Positions 50,401-63,932 are shown, counted from the stretch's first letter. The stretch is 64,000 nt of DNA from Phoronis australis (GCA_002633005.1 NMRA01000015.1:1112218-1176217); one strand, 5' to 3'. Program-made: numbers and translations. Notes: a model not told the origin generated them from the sequence alone.

Positions 50401-53400
50401 ACATAATTAACGTCACATCTGTCTCATTTGGTCATCTTCTATCTGGTCCTAATGGAACATAATCCACAGTTCATTACTAGTGCATCCATCATGCCACAAG
50501 ACCTCCTACTACTGAAACTGAGCACACTCTGTTGATGGTGGCCATGATGAAAAAATAAAACCTTGGAATTTTGCTTTGATAGAATCTGAATGTTAATTTC
50601 TCATGGAAACGTCGTCATTTTGAACACTGTTAGTTTACATTCACATTCAGATCAGATATTCTTATTCGCTTCAACATAATACCAAGTATGAATCTCTAAT
50701 TTTGGGGAACATTAAATATTTTTCCACTGTCCGTACTTGAGAATTTATATGAGATGTATATTTAAATGAGGCCGTAGGGGTAAATACAGAAGAGTATTTA
50801 GAAACTCCTGAGAATGAGGCCTAGTGTAGTATTGCCAAATAGGGTTGACTGTTTAAATACCATTGCCTTAGTTTTGAAAAAATGACGTAGGCATGTCTTG
50901 TGATCTTTAAATGACAAACATTTGCGCACTTAAAGGAGAATGCCACCCGATTTAATTAGTCTTTTTTACCGTCTTAATTGGTCTATATCCACATCGCCTC
51001 TTATATGGTCAACCTCACCTTGCCGAGAGGTGTCGCGTTAACCTGTGAGGAAGGTGAGAAGCAACGCAGCGACGTCAGTGGTTCATCTGCAGAGTGAATG
51101 CCGCTATATTGCGGTGCATCGGTTCCCGCTTGTCCAAACTATGAAGCTGCGAAGAAAGTGGGTATATCGTTCTTTCGACTTCCTCGAGAGCCCGGAATGC
51201 TTAGGAAGTGACTCGCGGTAGTGAAGAATGAAAGGTATGGTGTTAATAGCAAGTATGAGGACGTGAAACATCTCCGTGTCTGTGGCCGGCATTTCGTCGA
51301 CAGTGATTACTCTGACGAATTCCGGCTTACCAAAGAACTATCCATACGTTCCGTTGCCTGTGCATGTTCACGGCGCCTCTCTAGTATTTCTTGATCAGTG
51401 TATTCCGGTTCGAATTGATAGCCTGTGTATCCTAACGATCCATCTGTGAAGTCTTCATCAGATGAGCTCTTGACTAAGTCGGGATTGGCGCCGGCGAGTT
51501 GCAATGTAGACGTTTATTATTCTGCGTTCTGTTTCAAAATGAATTATTCTCATCCTAAAATGATCCTAACTTATGAAACTGAAACAAAGTCTGTCTCATT
51601 GGATACAATTTGTAATTCCTTGGATTGCTCGTGAGTGTAAATGTTTTGAGAAGCCAGCAATGAATAAACCACTGCGTTACCGGCTTTTGATGCCGACAAG
51701 AAAGGTAATTGACTGGGCACCAAGGCAGTGTGAGCGCATGCTAATTCAGTGTTTGCTGACAGAAAGCTGTTGTGAAACAATTACTCGATTTTGTATGGTA
51801 TTGTCACATGTTAGGAGAATCTTTATTTAAAAATACAAATACATTATTCAATTCATTGTTACTGTACAACCTTTGCCCTGACGGTCTGTGGAAGGGGAAC
51901 CCGAATTCGCAGCCCCCGACAAGTAAGTAGATTTTCAGTTTCGTCACGGGCTAATTCACATAAATAATTACGTGCACATTATTTCTTTGGCTCACTATTA
52001 TAGTCTTTCCGTGACAGGCCTGATCGGGTTCCGAGCCACTGGCCGGGATAACAAGTCAGTCCGGCTGCGACGGGCCTCATCGGGTTCCAAGCCACTGGCC
52101 GGTATAACACAAGTCAAGTGTTTTGTGTGTTTAGAACTCAAAAAATCACAAGTACAAACAACACAGATCTAGGTTCTCCTGTCTGTATTTCATGGAAGAA
52201 TACTTCGAATTTATCTTCGAACAGACCCCAAACTCCTGCTACGGACCTTGGTAAATTGGCCTGCCGAACTTTGTAGTTTGCGGTGTGTCCAAATACCAGT
52301 AAATCCGTAACAGCGAAATAAAACAACAGGTTTTTATAAGAACTCGGTGTATTTTTAAGGGTTTTGCATCGAAGTTTGATGATTTATTGGTGTTAAACAA
52401 TGAATTCAAGCGATAAGCTGACACCACTAACCCGTGTTGTGAACTGCTGAACAGACTGCGTGTGAAACCAATTACGTCATTGGATAATTTCAACACCTCC
52501 GTCTGTCGTCAGGTGTCAGGTAATGCAACCGAACCTGCCCTTATCGAGTAGAACTACTGATATAAATTGATACAAAATAGGTTGTTTTTTGGGTGGCATT
52601 CTCCTTTAATGGTTGGCAGCCTCATTGCTCTGTGCCTCTTGTGATTCTGCAGTTTGATGTATTGTGTGGTACAAAAGATACAATGAACAGTACACACCCA
52701 GAAATTGTAGGCCATCCAATCTGAGTGGGAAATGATACATGCAACGTAAAACACAAATTATTCGAAGTAAAATATGATATTCAGTGAAAAGGTGTGAAAA
52801 GAATATGAAGACATGGATTTTGCAGAGAACATTGAGAAGTGTGGAATGACTAAAACAACATTAGTGTAATTGAATTACTGACTTGTCACCATTATGGGCA
52901 TGTTATAGCTTCAGAAACACATGAGAGTAGTTGAGCCTGACAGTGCTGGTGTACAGTCAAACCTCTCCAGGTGATGGATAGCGACTTGTGTCGTGTAGAA
53001 TTTGGGAAATTTAGAGAAAATGGAAGGTTAAGTGGTTTCCATGGTAGAAGTATTTACACGCAGGCATGTTGGAAATGGGTGGTGTGGTACGTTAACCTGA
53101 TGTTTATTGGATATGAGCCAGCTTTTTGGTTTCCATAGGAATATTTTACAATTTATTATATTGACATTGTTTGTGTGGAACAATGGACTACAGAACTAGA
53201 TTGGTTATATTTAAGAATTACATTGAGAAGGAATCTGGGACTGTTAATGAATATGTGAACACCAACTTTGCTTTGGATTTTGTTTGAAGTTTTTACTGGT
53301 TCAACATCTGTTATTGGACTGCAAAACGCAAACTGTTTAAAATGAAAGGACTTTCTGGATCTTGGTTTGATAGAAGTTGATACGAAAAGACCAAGAAAAT

Positions 53401-56400
53401 TTAGACCTGACCGTCTTGCCGCCTCAGTGTTCAGGAAATCATTTCCCAAAGGTGTTTGGTTCTTGTCTTGTTAATGATGTCTTGCACATATGGGAGGCTG
53501 GATCTCTGGCCCAGTTTCTTCTGGTAATTTTGCCATCTTCAATTAAATCAAATGCCAAGAATGCTCTTAGCTGTGCTTCCTAATGCCAATGTATAATTAT
53601 GGTTGACTTCAAACTTTTAACTAGTTTGTTATCTTCGCAATTTTATCTAGATTTTGCCAGACATCACTAGTTTAAATTATAGTTTGTTTTGATTTATTCC
53701 ATCGATGACATTTATCCCATTTCTGTGTCTTTTGTTTGGGTATTGTCTGGAAATGTGGTGACCAATTGTTGTATTTTTTTCAAAAAATTAATTGTTAATG
53801 CTGGAATGTTTAAATGTTAAGTGCCAGTTCAACTCATCACAATTGTATATTTCTGTTCACGGCTTTTTACTGAGTAACTTTGAACTAGGGTGTGAGTGGA
53901 AAGATGTTTTTGAAGTGACAGCACCCGTTGTTAAGATGTTTCTATTCTCAACATTTCCTTGAAATGAAATGCTTGCAATAAAATGTCTGAAGGCCCTTTT
54001 GCCCCTACCACAAGCAAATTTACTGAGGCCTGTCTGACTCTGAAACATTAAGGGTCTCAGATCTTCTGCCTGTTGAAAGTGAGCAGCAAGTAGATTCTGT
54101 AATGGGTGAGAGGCCAAAATAAAAAGTTGTTTTTTGACTAAAGGCATTGGTTTGAGGAAGTGTGCTGGATCCAGGACAGTCAAATGGATACAAAATCTGC
54201 CTGCTTGTTGTAAGATAACCTGAATTGTGATGATTTATTGCAATTTTAAGTGGATATTGGTATTATTTTGAAGGAGCAATATAGTCACTGGGGTCCCATA
54301 TTTGGAGAACCAGTTTGATGCTTGTTATTCAGGGAAGAAGGAAGTTAGGTGTTCTCAGTGAAACTTTCGTTACATCAAAGCTTTAAAACCAGTGGGAAAG
54401 GCCTTTATACTGAACACTGCTCCACACATTCCAACTCTGCATTTAGTCCTTACAAAAACACCTCTCCATTATTGGAGTGAACCTGAAAAATAAACATCTG
54501 AGATAGAAGACCAAGTGTTAAACATTATAGCAAACATTTAGAGACTAGATAGACTATCTTATTCTCCATAATTGGACTTGTGAATTCCTATTCACAATAA
54601 TTGGACTGTGACAAGTTCAAATTCATTTCAAAAGAACTACACAGTTAAAACTTGAAGCCTTAGGTTATATATGACTCAAGCCTTTCAAAAGGTCTGGGAG
54701 CTCAGGCAGTCATTTTGTTGTGAATGGATTCTTCAATGCTTCACTCACCTGAGTACTACCACAAGTACATTATGATTTAGTACTGTACACTGTGGGGGCT
54801 CTGGTACTGTACACTGTGGTGGGGCTCTGGTACTGTACACTGTGGGGGCTCTGGTACTGTACACTGTGGGGGGGCTCTGGTTTAAGTGGGATAAAGGATT
54901 CTCACATACAAATCAATTTCTGAAGTCAAACAGATAAAAAACATCAGTTTTACTCCACCATAGTTTATTTCAGTTTGTATTTTTGTATTTTATTGCCCTG
55001 AAATCAAGACTAATAGGGTAATCATTCTACTCCACTCAAAAGAAGCTAGATCAATGTTCCTGATATCTAAGGATTCTGTCTATTGTGATTTGTGTACAAA
55101 TCTATCCACACAGCTATGCTGTAGTATGAGCCAAGTTTATAATGTACCGTTAAGTTACCATAAGGGAATTGGTCTCAAATTATTCCTTAGTCAAATTTGA
55201 GGTAATTTCAGGGCTTTGTAAGAACGGTTTGTTATTGCTTGAGACAGGCTGTGCAAGGTGGCTTGTCCCAGTGTATCAAGTTGAGACTAAGCTCTACAGT
55301 TTGCTTGTCACAGTGTATCATTTTATGCACCCACCATGGTCTATAGGAATCATTGACTGTCAGCTTCTTGTAAACATAGAAATCATTTATCATCTGGTAG
55401 AGGACAAGTTGATACCTTTTGTATAGCAGTGAGTGGTCTAAATCAAACCTTCACTTCTTAGACCTACCGATGGTTTACAGACACTAATGAAAAAGCTTTT
55501 CCCACTGCCCCCCCCCCAAGATTCAGCCAATGGGAACATTAATTAATAAGTTTAATAGTGGAGTCTCTGCTACAAAGAGGTGGATTGAACGCTTCGCTTC
55601 GCTACACTGGCAACACTTAACTTCCATGGCATAGAGTTATTGGCAGGGGTCACTGTCTGCGTTTGTCAACAGGGGGCGGTGACTGGTTATTATTTGTTAA
55701 TATTTTGTTGTAGTACTGCACTGTATTTTGACTGTACAAACATTCTACTTCAATTCATCCATGTATTCTCTGGATTGTTTACATTAAAAAAATCACTGGA
55801 TGTGTAGTGTACACATTGAAGCAAGTTCCTGCCATGCAGTACCATCTTTGTTTGGAGAAGCTGTTAGCCTTCACAAGAGTAAATTTTTTTGATATGTTAT
55901 TTTGTAGTACATCATTCTCATTCCTCTCATTCCAACGTGGTGGCAGTTCCATTGGCTGCCTTGTGAAGTTGACTTCTAGTTTCTGTTTGGATAGAGGGAG
56001 AGGTCCATACCATTTTTGCTGGCAAGCACTGACAAAAGCAACAAGGTGCCACCTTGCAATAACTTCACTGAAGTGTAATTCCGAAGCTGATGGGAACACT
56101 GACACTTTACTTTGCAGTTAACCATAGTTAATGTCGATGCTTCAGTAGTAGCGGAATTAACTGTATGTGAAAGCGCCTTAAGAACTGTTGAGTCTTCTCT
56201 GATAAGAAAGTTGGTGTTTAACTAAACTGGCGTTTGTGGCGAAGGTTTTTTTTCTTAAAATGAATTTTGAATGAAACACACCCAAGTGACAATACTTCGT
56301 CCCAGATCAAGCTGTGTTGTTTTGTTGTTCTTGAGTATCATGCGTCTACGGAACAGAATGCGGATAGAATGTACCGTGGTGTGTCAGTAACTAGAATATT

Positions 56401-59400
56401 TTCAATGTGGTTCAGCTTGAGGCTAGCTAAAGTCTGTGTGGTTGAGTCAGTGTTGTTTACAAAGCCTTGAATGTTTTGTTACAATAGCTTAGGAACAAAG
56501 CCAGATATATAAATATTAGTCTAGTCATGAAATTCACCAGCTGACTTACTGGGTTAATGTATTCAATCCCATAGTTCCACGCATACAAAAGTGTAGTGAG
56601 AACAAGTGTTGTTGAAAATGGGTTCCTTGTTTGTTATTACAACCAATCGTGCTACTTTAAATGTACAGGTTCATGGGGTCGCGGGTTCACGGGTTCACGG
56701 CAAAATCCACTTATAGGTTACAGTACAAACTCTTCAGTTTGGGACAGTGATGTTTGTGGAACTATGACAAACACCTATGTTGTTACTATCGCAACAGGTA
56801 ATTGGGCAACCTGAAGAATGTGGGCAGGCGGATAATAAACCCGAATATTTAAGAATACGTTGCATGTGTTCTTTTTAGTATGGACTCAGGACACAATGGA
56901 TGCCTTATTTTCCACCTTTTTGACCTCTCACGCATTTTTGTAGGTTCTGTTGTCTTGCAGTATGTGCACACACTCTAAGAGTCTAAATTTGCTGTTTCAT
57001 CAAGCCAGTTGGCAGCTTAATTACAAACTTACTTTAGCCAGTTAATCACTGTCACATTGCAGAAAAGTTCAAGGTCTTGCGTTTCAAAGCTTTCTAAAGG
57101 TTACAAGTGAATTATGGTAAAATCTTTTAAATTTAGAATGGTATCGACATCTTCAGTGGCTGAAAGTTGGTAGTGAGAAAAAGGCAAATACACCTTATTC
57201 ACACAGTTGCCATAGTTATAAAAAGAGCCTTATTTTAGGGTTTAAGAAACAATGCATTTCGCACTTAATCACAGTGCAAAATGTGATTTTTTCGCCTGCC
57301 TCATTTTTATGTCTCAAATGCATTGTTTTTTAAGCCTTAAAAGAGGCTCTTTTTAATATCGTGGCTTCGTGAATAAGGACTATAGAACTTTCGTGAGAGG
57401 ACAATCAAATTGGATTGTTTGCCCACTTCCATTGACTCATGATAACATACTGTACTTGTTGCACTGCAGAGCAGCCTCCCGTTCAGTAACGCTAGGACCT
57501 CGCTAAAAGGCAAGACTTTGCGAGATTATGTGAGATATTGCCGTGCATTTTGAATGAGAACACGTGACTTTGACTAGCTTTTAGCTAGGTCCTAGCGTCT
57601 ACTGAACGCACGCCAGGTATCTTCTGAAGTGTTTTGAGACTTCCTGCTGGTTTTCCAGGAAGAATGTTCTGGAACTTATGTTAACTTATGCAACAACGGG
57701 GTGATTTTGTCTTACTTTCCAACTTGCAAATGGGCTGTAGAAAGACAGCGTTTTTCAATAAATAAAATGTTTCCACTTTACAATTAATTTACGGACACAA
57801 ATTTTTTTCTTGTATTGTATTTCTGTTCTGTAATACCACATTCTTCAATTACAGTTTTTACTGTAAGAAATTATGTTTTTTTCCAAAGTCACGTGCCGTT
57901 TTGTCAAGTGTACCAACATTTGGGTAAATAATCCAGCGTCTAATCCAGCGTTTCAAAACCGTTATACCAAGTACTACCCCGGTAGTTATTTTACCTTTAT
58001 AGATACTTACGTAGTGCGCAGGCAAACTGCCACTGCCCTTTTTCAGAATGCAGTAGACCTAAATTAGTCATACAAGAATGTTGTTAACGGAGGTGATTAT
58101 AAGTTTTCTGATGAGTGACCATTTTTCACACATAAGTGACTATATTTGGCTACATGGTCTGTGGAAAGCACGTTACATTGAAGTAAAATTGTGAGCGTGG
58201 AACTTTTAACAGTTGTTAGTTAATTCAATTCAAATTGACTTTAAATTTATAATTTTCTGGTCTTTCTGTTAAGCTAAGAAATTGTTTCAATCAGTTTTCA
58301 CAATGTGAGGTTAGGGTATTTTTTCTGATTTCGCAAGCTTGCAAATTGTAGCTTATATGGTGCAGGATTTGAACTTGAAATTGAAATTTCATAAAGCAAT
58401 ATTTGTCTCTAACTTGTGGACATTAAAACAAAATCATGACATTAAAGTTTTGCATTAGTTTAAGACAAAGGTAAAACAAAATGTCTGAAGCATTTTTTGT
58501 GCCTTTTTTCGCAGTCTGCAAATAAGATTGAAAAAACCAAATGCATCTCTCCCTTTGGCTGTGTTAAACTGGAACCCTGAGACAGCTAGTCTATAAACGT
58601 TTAAATAAATTTGTTCTAGTAAAATTCTACAGATGCATGTCAAAAACTGATGTAATAAATAATAAATTCACTAGTGGATTGTAGTTGGGTGAAAGTGATT
58701 ATTGACCTCCCAAATTTGACAGAAGATGTAATCAACTGTTTTGACGAAAAGGCCTTTCCCACTTCCTCCAAAGCTTTGGTATTATCGAATCTTTGTTCAA
58801 TGGCGACACTTAACTTCGGTCTTTTATCGAAGTTAACAGCACTAGTTAACTCTGAGTCTGAAGTTATGCAGTGGACTTAATAGCGAAGCGTCAACGCTTT
58901 GGTATAACGAGAACACTTAACTTCGATGCCATCGGAGTTATCGGCAGGTGTCACTGTGCTTGCCAACAGTGGCCGGTAACTGGTTAATATTAGTTAATAT
59001 TTTGTTCCACTATTTGTTGTATTGGCAGTATATAAGCATTTTGTTTCAATTTGTTCGCTCGTGTTTGCTGGATTCTTTTCTTAAAAAAATAATGATAAAA
59101 AATCACTGAACATTTTGTGTGCGTAAAATCAGTTCCCGCTGAACTGTAACTCCGAAGTCTGTGAACACTCAGGCTTAACTTTGGGCTTAACTACAGTTAA
59201 CATCGATGGTCCTGTTGTGGCTAAGTTAACTGTAAGGGCGTGTGTTTTGTGTTGCTTGTGGAAGATGGAACATGTTTATGGGTGGCTTGAAAACTGAATA
59301 CCTACAAAAATCTAGAAATACTAAGAAACATTTGTGTTGTTGAATATGTTAGTGCACTTTGGGCGTGTCTCACCTTGACAACTGACAAGTTTGGTAGAAA

Positions 59401-62400
59401 GGTTGGTGTACCTATGGGAATTATATTTCTTATATTGGGAGTGTCTAGCATTTTGAACTCACCTGTGCTGCTGAATCTAGGTTGTTTTATTCAATAGATA
59501 AATCCAACTTATCAGCCTATTATCACCCATCTTGTGCAATGACCTATGAACTTTTAATAGAAATCATTGCTTTGGTGATGTAAAACATGTTTACTCTGGT
59601 TTCAAGATGGAGCCTTACCATGTGACCCTGAACTATTCTCATTGTGTTATCATTTGACCATCTGCAATGTTGTTGTTTGAATCTGCCAACAACTTGATGT
59701 TTTGTGTTAGTGGTTACAAAGTGAGGAGATTGTCTGTTGGTCGTCACTGACATGTGTTATGTCAATAATGAATACCATAACACAGCTGTGCTGAATAGAT
59801 GCACCAAATACATGGCTTATTAATTGCACAGACTGAAGGGCAGGTTTTTTAACTCATCCCAGCAACTGTTCAATTTATGTCTCTATTTTGTCCCAGCTGC
59901 TGTTTCACTGCACAAATTTCTGGCAAAAATATTGCCGTCTTTTTTGAAAAGTGTCTAACGTTGTTGCTCAAATACTCATCATTGTTAAAATATTGTCTCA
60001 TGGCAGTCACATTACTGAACTTGGTATATAGCATTGTGAAATTTCACCCATAATGAATCAAAAAAATTTTTTTCAGTTTTCAACATTGTTGTGAATGTCC
60101 GAAGTTTTTCAAAACATTGTCAGATGGTAGCTATGGACAAACCTTGAACACGTAAAAGCAGTACTTTACTGCAACGAATCTTTCATGGGAAAATTAAAAA
60201 ATAAAAGTTCACTTGTCTGCCATATTGTGTCCTAGTGAGATATTAGTGTAATTCATAACTTTGATGCTATTTATCTTCTATGAAAAAGGGAAAAAATCAC
60301 TTGTCCATATTGCATCCCAAGTAGGTGACATTTTTCCATACATTTATTTCTGTTAAATACATTTTAGTTATGAATATTTATCTTGTGTAAAAATTTTTTT
60401 TATCAAAAGGTCGTTGTGATGTCCTCCAATGGGAAGTTTTCAGTTGTGCTAGTTTCAGTTTGTTTTATGGCAACCTGTTATCAGCTGTGAGTACGTAGCT
60501 TTCGCTCCAGGGGACTATGTTTTTAAAAATATAAAATATTAAGAACCTTTTGTAGCTGTTTTGTAATTGGAAAAACTGTGACCCTTTTGTAAAGTTTCCA
60601 ACTTCAAGAGTGAAACTTTTTGTTAAGAGTTGAATTGGAAGTTCACCCTTTTATTTAGAATTTTGTTGGAGAGAAACCTTTTGTAAGGAAACTGGTCGTG
60701 ACAAATTCACCCGTCTCAGTAACTCAACCACAATACCTCTTCTATGGAAGTAACCCCCTCAGGGGTTTCTGACTTTCTACTCATTGGTCCATTTTATAAG
60801 TGATGGGAGTGTTGTTGGTTGTTAATAAGGGAAAATACACTCGAGCAAACTACCTTTTTTCGTCCATTCTGGTGATAAACATGGTTAGGTGTCTACAGCC
60901 ACAGTTTGTCACATACCCTGTATAGCATGAATCATCGGTCTAACAAATGACCTGTTGTGATTCAAGGTATTGAGGTAGGCCAACAAAAGAAACTGGAAGT
61001 AGGTGCATAAGTTATTGTCAGGTAATACCCAGTGGGAGTAACATGACAATATCCTATATTTGGGGATAACTCATTAGTGGAGGGCTGTCCTGCCTCATTC
61101 ATCAGTTTCGGGAAGTAAAATTTCCGTTTTACTGGCGTTTCCTAAATCCCTCTCTGAGGGTCATAATTATATAACCACTGAATTAAATTTATGGTAATAC
61201 CATGCCAGTTAAGGACGCAGTATGGCAGACAAGTGAATTTTTATTTTTATTTTTTCATTTTTTTCCTGAAAGATTAGCAGTATCAAACTGATGCTTTATC
61301 ATTTTAACTTCAATACTATATAGCCACAATCATACAGTATTAAACAACCACTGATAGTTCTGTCCTCTGATTGGCTAAAACACATTATGATTATGAGGTA
61401 ATATTGACCAATCAAACACTGAATAAGCCATAAATTTTTATTAAAAAGTAAAAATTCAGGGGATCGAAGCATCAGTGGCAGTGTAGTGAAACGAATATGG
61501 ACTGGTCCCTTAGGCCAAACAAATGTAGGCTGATCCCTTTGGCCAATCAAGTCATATGGATATCAAGAGAGCAATTTTCGGCCTTGGGGGAACATTGACT
61601 TGCTCTCAATCAGTCCATATGTACTGATATAACCCCTGCGAATTCTTTTTGTCCGAAATTAGTGAGATTTTACTGCATCACATAAACGCTTACAAAAACG
61701 CGTGTAAGTAGACATCCCAGTTTCATTCAGGCTGTTAATCATATCTTAACAACCTGTACACAAGTTGTAGTTTAACTATTGTTACGTTTTCCCTTTCAAA
61801 ATTCAGCTTCAATAGAAGTAGTGTTATGAAAATATTGGTGAAGTTTTTGTTAATAGTTTCGAAGCAGTACGCAGTTTTTGTAAGAGGCACAATCAAGGTA
61901 AAAGGTCCTTTATTTACAACGCAAGTTTCCTCTGTTGGCACAAACACGTATTCAGTTCATTGAACCAGATAACATTCCTAGAACAGAGAGAAAAAAATGA
62001 CATTCGTTGTTTGCACTGAATCTGATACCGTTATATTTTGTAAGTACTATTTAGTGCATTGTAGCTAACAGGTATTAAGACAAGTATTGTACCACACACA
62101 CGTATTGTTAGCTTTTAATTATCAAATGTATGATTCATGGCTAGCTCAAGAGGAGCCGAAGTGTAATCTGGTACTCAAATAGACCCACTAATCATAATGG
62201 TAATCTAAATCAGAACAAAGAATAACAATTTCACAGCATAAAATATATAAAGACCACTGTACTGTAGAGGAGAATATACAGTTCAAGGGTATAATTAGAA
62301 TTTACAGCAGATGGATGGGAGTGTCTCAATACTCATAGAGAGGAAGAGACACCTATTGGTTGTACTATGAAGTGCATTTGGTTTCACTTGTCTTTACAAG

Positions 62401-63932
62401 AGCATTGGTTATTGACATTGCATGGAAGATGAACGGTGAAACACTGGATTTCTTTCCATTTTGTATTCCATAGTTTTAATTAAATAATAAAATTTTTACA
62501 TCCAAATTACAACAGATGACACAAATAATTTATCACCAATTCACTTTTCATTTGTAAAAATGTCTGCGAAATTGAGATGGAGTATTATTTATTAAGAATT
62601 GTTTCCCCTTTGTTTCAGTTTCTTCATTGTCATCGGTTGTGTGGTCGGTGGTGTCATTCTCATCTCACTGTTCATCCTTCTGTGCTGTTGTTTCTGCGTC
62701 GGTTGTCCTGGTTACAAAAGGAGGCAAATCAGCCGAGGCCAAGTGATCAGAAGTGAGTAGACCTCTCATGTGCTGAGACTGTGAGACATCTCATTTGTCT
62801 GTAGTCTGCAAGTCATCATTGAGAACCAATCAAGGGTCTGTTTCAGGAAAAGGGACAACTTAAATCATAAATTTGGTCTTGCGCACCACACAACTATTTC
62901 TGAAAATAATCGAATCTCACTTAGTGCAACAATGCAAAGTCTCTGAGAATACATACATAACTGCTAGTTACTGTCAGACTTAATTTCCATAAATTATTGC
63001 TAAAATGTTATGAGCTCATAATTACTTGGCTGAACCTTCATTCAGCTGCTGTGAAGTGGGAGCGTAAGACCAAATGTCTGTCTTTTAAGTGACTTAAAAG
63101 TCACTTTCATGAAATAGTCCCCACATGCCTTAGCCAGTTAAATGTTTGAGACGGTTTTGAATTTGTTTTTTCAGATATAACTAAACAGAAGTGCAAAATG
63201 CAATTTTAACATCTTGTCATGTTCACTGCTTTCAGCCCAACAGCCAGTTTCAACAGAAGTGATGTATCAAACGGTGCCTACGCAAGCAAACAGTGGTCCA
63301 TCACATGACCAGACAAACGCATATATGCCACAAGCAGGTGGTCCACCCCAAGGGTATCCTCCACATCAAGGTTATGCCCCGCATCAGGGTTACCCTCCCG
63401 CACAATCAGCTCCTTATCCGCAGCCATATAACAGCTCGTACCCTCTAACGCAAGGGCCAGCGCATTTTGGAGAAGCACCAAGTAGCATAGAAATGAGTAA
63501 AAGAGTGGAGGTAATTCATTTTTATGCATTTTTAGTGTAGTTTGTTACATTATCATAAAATTTGGATGTAAAGTACTTGCACACATTATAGCCGCAGTTA
63601 TTTTCTAAAATTTCTAAACAAAAAAAACATGAAGATAGTTGTGCAACATCAGCTGCCCAATTCTTCCTAGTAATAAGTTGTAGGAAACATTTCACACCTG
63701 ACAATTTGCTTGATACTTTTATTTTCAAAACAACGCTTATCACAAAAACGTGAAGCTACTGAACAAATAACACTAATTTGAGGATTTCACTGCCATTTGT
63801 TTCATTTTCTCACTAGTACTGGAAAGGTGGTACCAATTTAATGTATTCCATTTTGTGCGATGGTGTACTCTCTGTCACATGTTCTATGTGTTGTTTCAGG
63901 CAAGTGCACCACCTCCCCCTTATGACTACTAG
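41491..63932 (+). CDS. Shisa-like single-pass membrane protein (Shisa-4/5-like, six-cysteine STMC6 group), 218 aa
   Basis: Exons 41491-41554 (signal peptide MSWSTVAAVCSLGTLLLQEVCA), 44944-45094 (C..GYFDYDGEYHKGFSC...CCG....YCC), 62619-62752 (TM segment FFIVIGCVVGGVILISLFILL then CCCFCVGCPGY), 63236-63510 (Pro/Gln/Tyr-rich tail) and 63900-63932 (ASAPPPPYDY-stop, a PPxY motif). Splice phases 1,2,1,0 are all compatible; 657 nt in total. Confidence 0.85.
45487..45596. repeat. 21-bp minisatellite (~5 copies)
   Basis: Unit cacatactgtgtt(t/g)ctggtca. Confidence 0.9.
48175..48272. repeat. ~50-bp tandem duplication
   Basis: ttggt.ttccatatgtga.gactg.acatcatgttgttaaatgttc occurs twice. Confidence 0.8.
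49347..49482. repeat. 136-bp loopless palindrome (palindromic MITE-like)
   Basis: Perfect 34-bp core tacgttgcgtcctcctcgaggaggacgcaacgta (49398-49431). The arms continue with few mismatches to agtata...tatact. Confidence 0.9.
49899..50078. repeat. ~21-bp minisatellite (~8 copies)
   Basis: Unit ttactactttatataacaacgg with variants. Confidence 0.9.
51098..51340 (+). pseudogene. THAP zinc-finger domain of the Kolobok transposase, with a premature stop
   Basis: MPLYCGASVPACPNYEAAKKVGISFFRLPREPGMLRK*LAVVKNERYGVNSKYEDVKHLRVCGRHFVDSDY. The C2CH signature is present; TGA at 51209-51211 replaces the conserved Trp. Confidence 0.8.
51340..51504 (-). pseudogene. N-terminal stub of a KolX / P2RX7-C-terminal-like protein
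   Basis: SSSDEDF...GYQFEPEYTDQEILERRRE resembles the acidic 'YxFEPE' N-terminus of Kolobok second-ORF proteins. It is convergent with the THAP stub. Confidence 0.55.
54781..54880. repeat. 24-27-bp tandem repeat (4 copies)
   Basis: Unit tactgtacactgtgggggctctgg. Confidence 0.9.
55494..56178. mobile_element. Harbinger-like MITE, copy A
   Basis: Right end GTGAAAGCGCCT followed by TAA. Internal blocks (aacacttaacttc.atg.cat..agttat.ggcagg.gtcactgt) are shared with 58750-59240. The left boundary is approximate. Confidence 0.45.
57193..57379. repeat. Hairpin (inverted-repeat) element
   Basis: ccttattcac...taaaaagagcct...ttaagaaacaatgcattt / aaatgcattgttttttaag...aggctctttttaa...gtgaataagg. Confidence 0.7.
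57475..57613. mobile_element. Small MITE
   Basis: TIRs cgttcagta(a)cgctaggacctcgctaaaag / cttttagctaggtcctagcgtctactgaacg. Confidence 0.6.
58750..59240. mobile_element. Harbinger-like MITE, copy B (diverged relative of 55494-56178)
   Basis: Collinear shared blocks, including taac...agttaa..tcgatg and aaaaaatcactg. Boundaries are approximate. Confidence 0.4.
62833..63122. mobile_element. Harbinger-type MITE (degenerate)
   Basis: Imperfect TIRs gggtctgtttcaggaaaag / ctttcatgaaatagtcccc. Confidence 0.4.

Larger units (their letters stand above)
50934..52605. mobile_element. Non-autonomous Kolobok transposon (deletion derivative)
   Basis: TTAA target duplications at 50930-50933 and 52606-52609. 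Perfect TIR AGGAGAATGCCACCC / GGGTGGCATTCTCCT. Contains THAP and KolX-like coding stubs. Confidence 0.85.

Noticed and set aside
51209-51211. Selenocysteine or recoded TGA in the THAP ORF
   Set aside because: The position is a conserved Trp (TGG>TGA) in a deleted transposon and no SECIS is evident, so an ordinary nonsense mutation is simpler.
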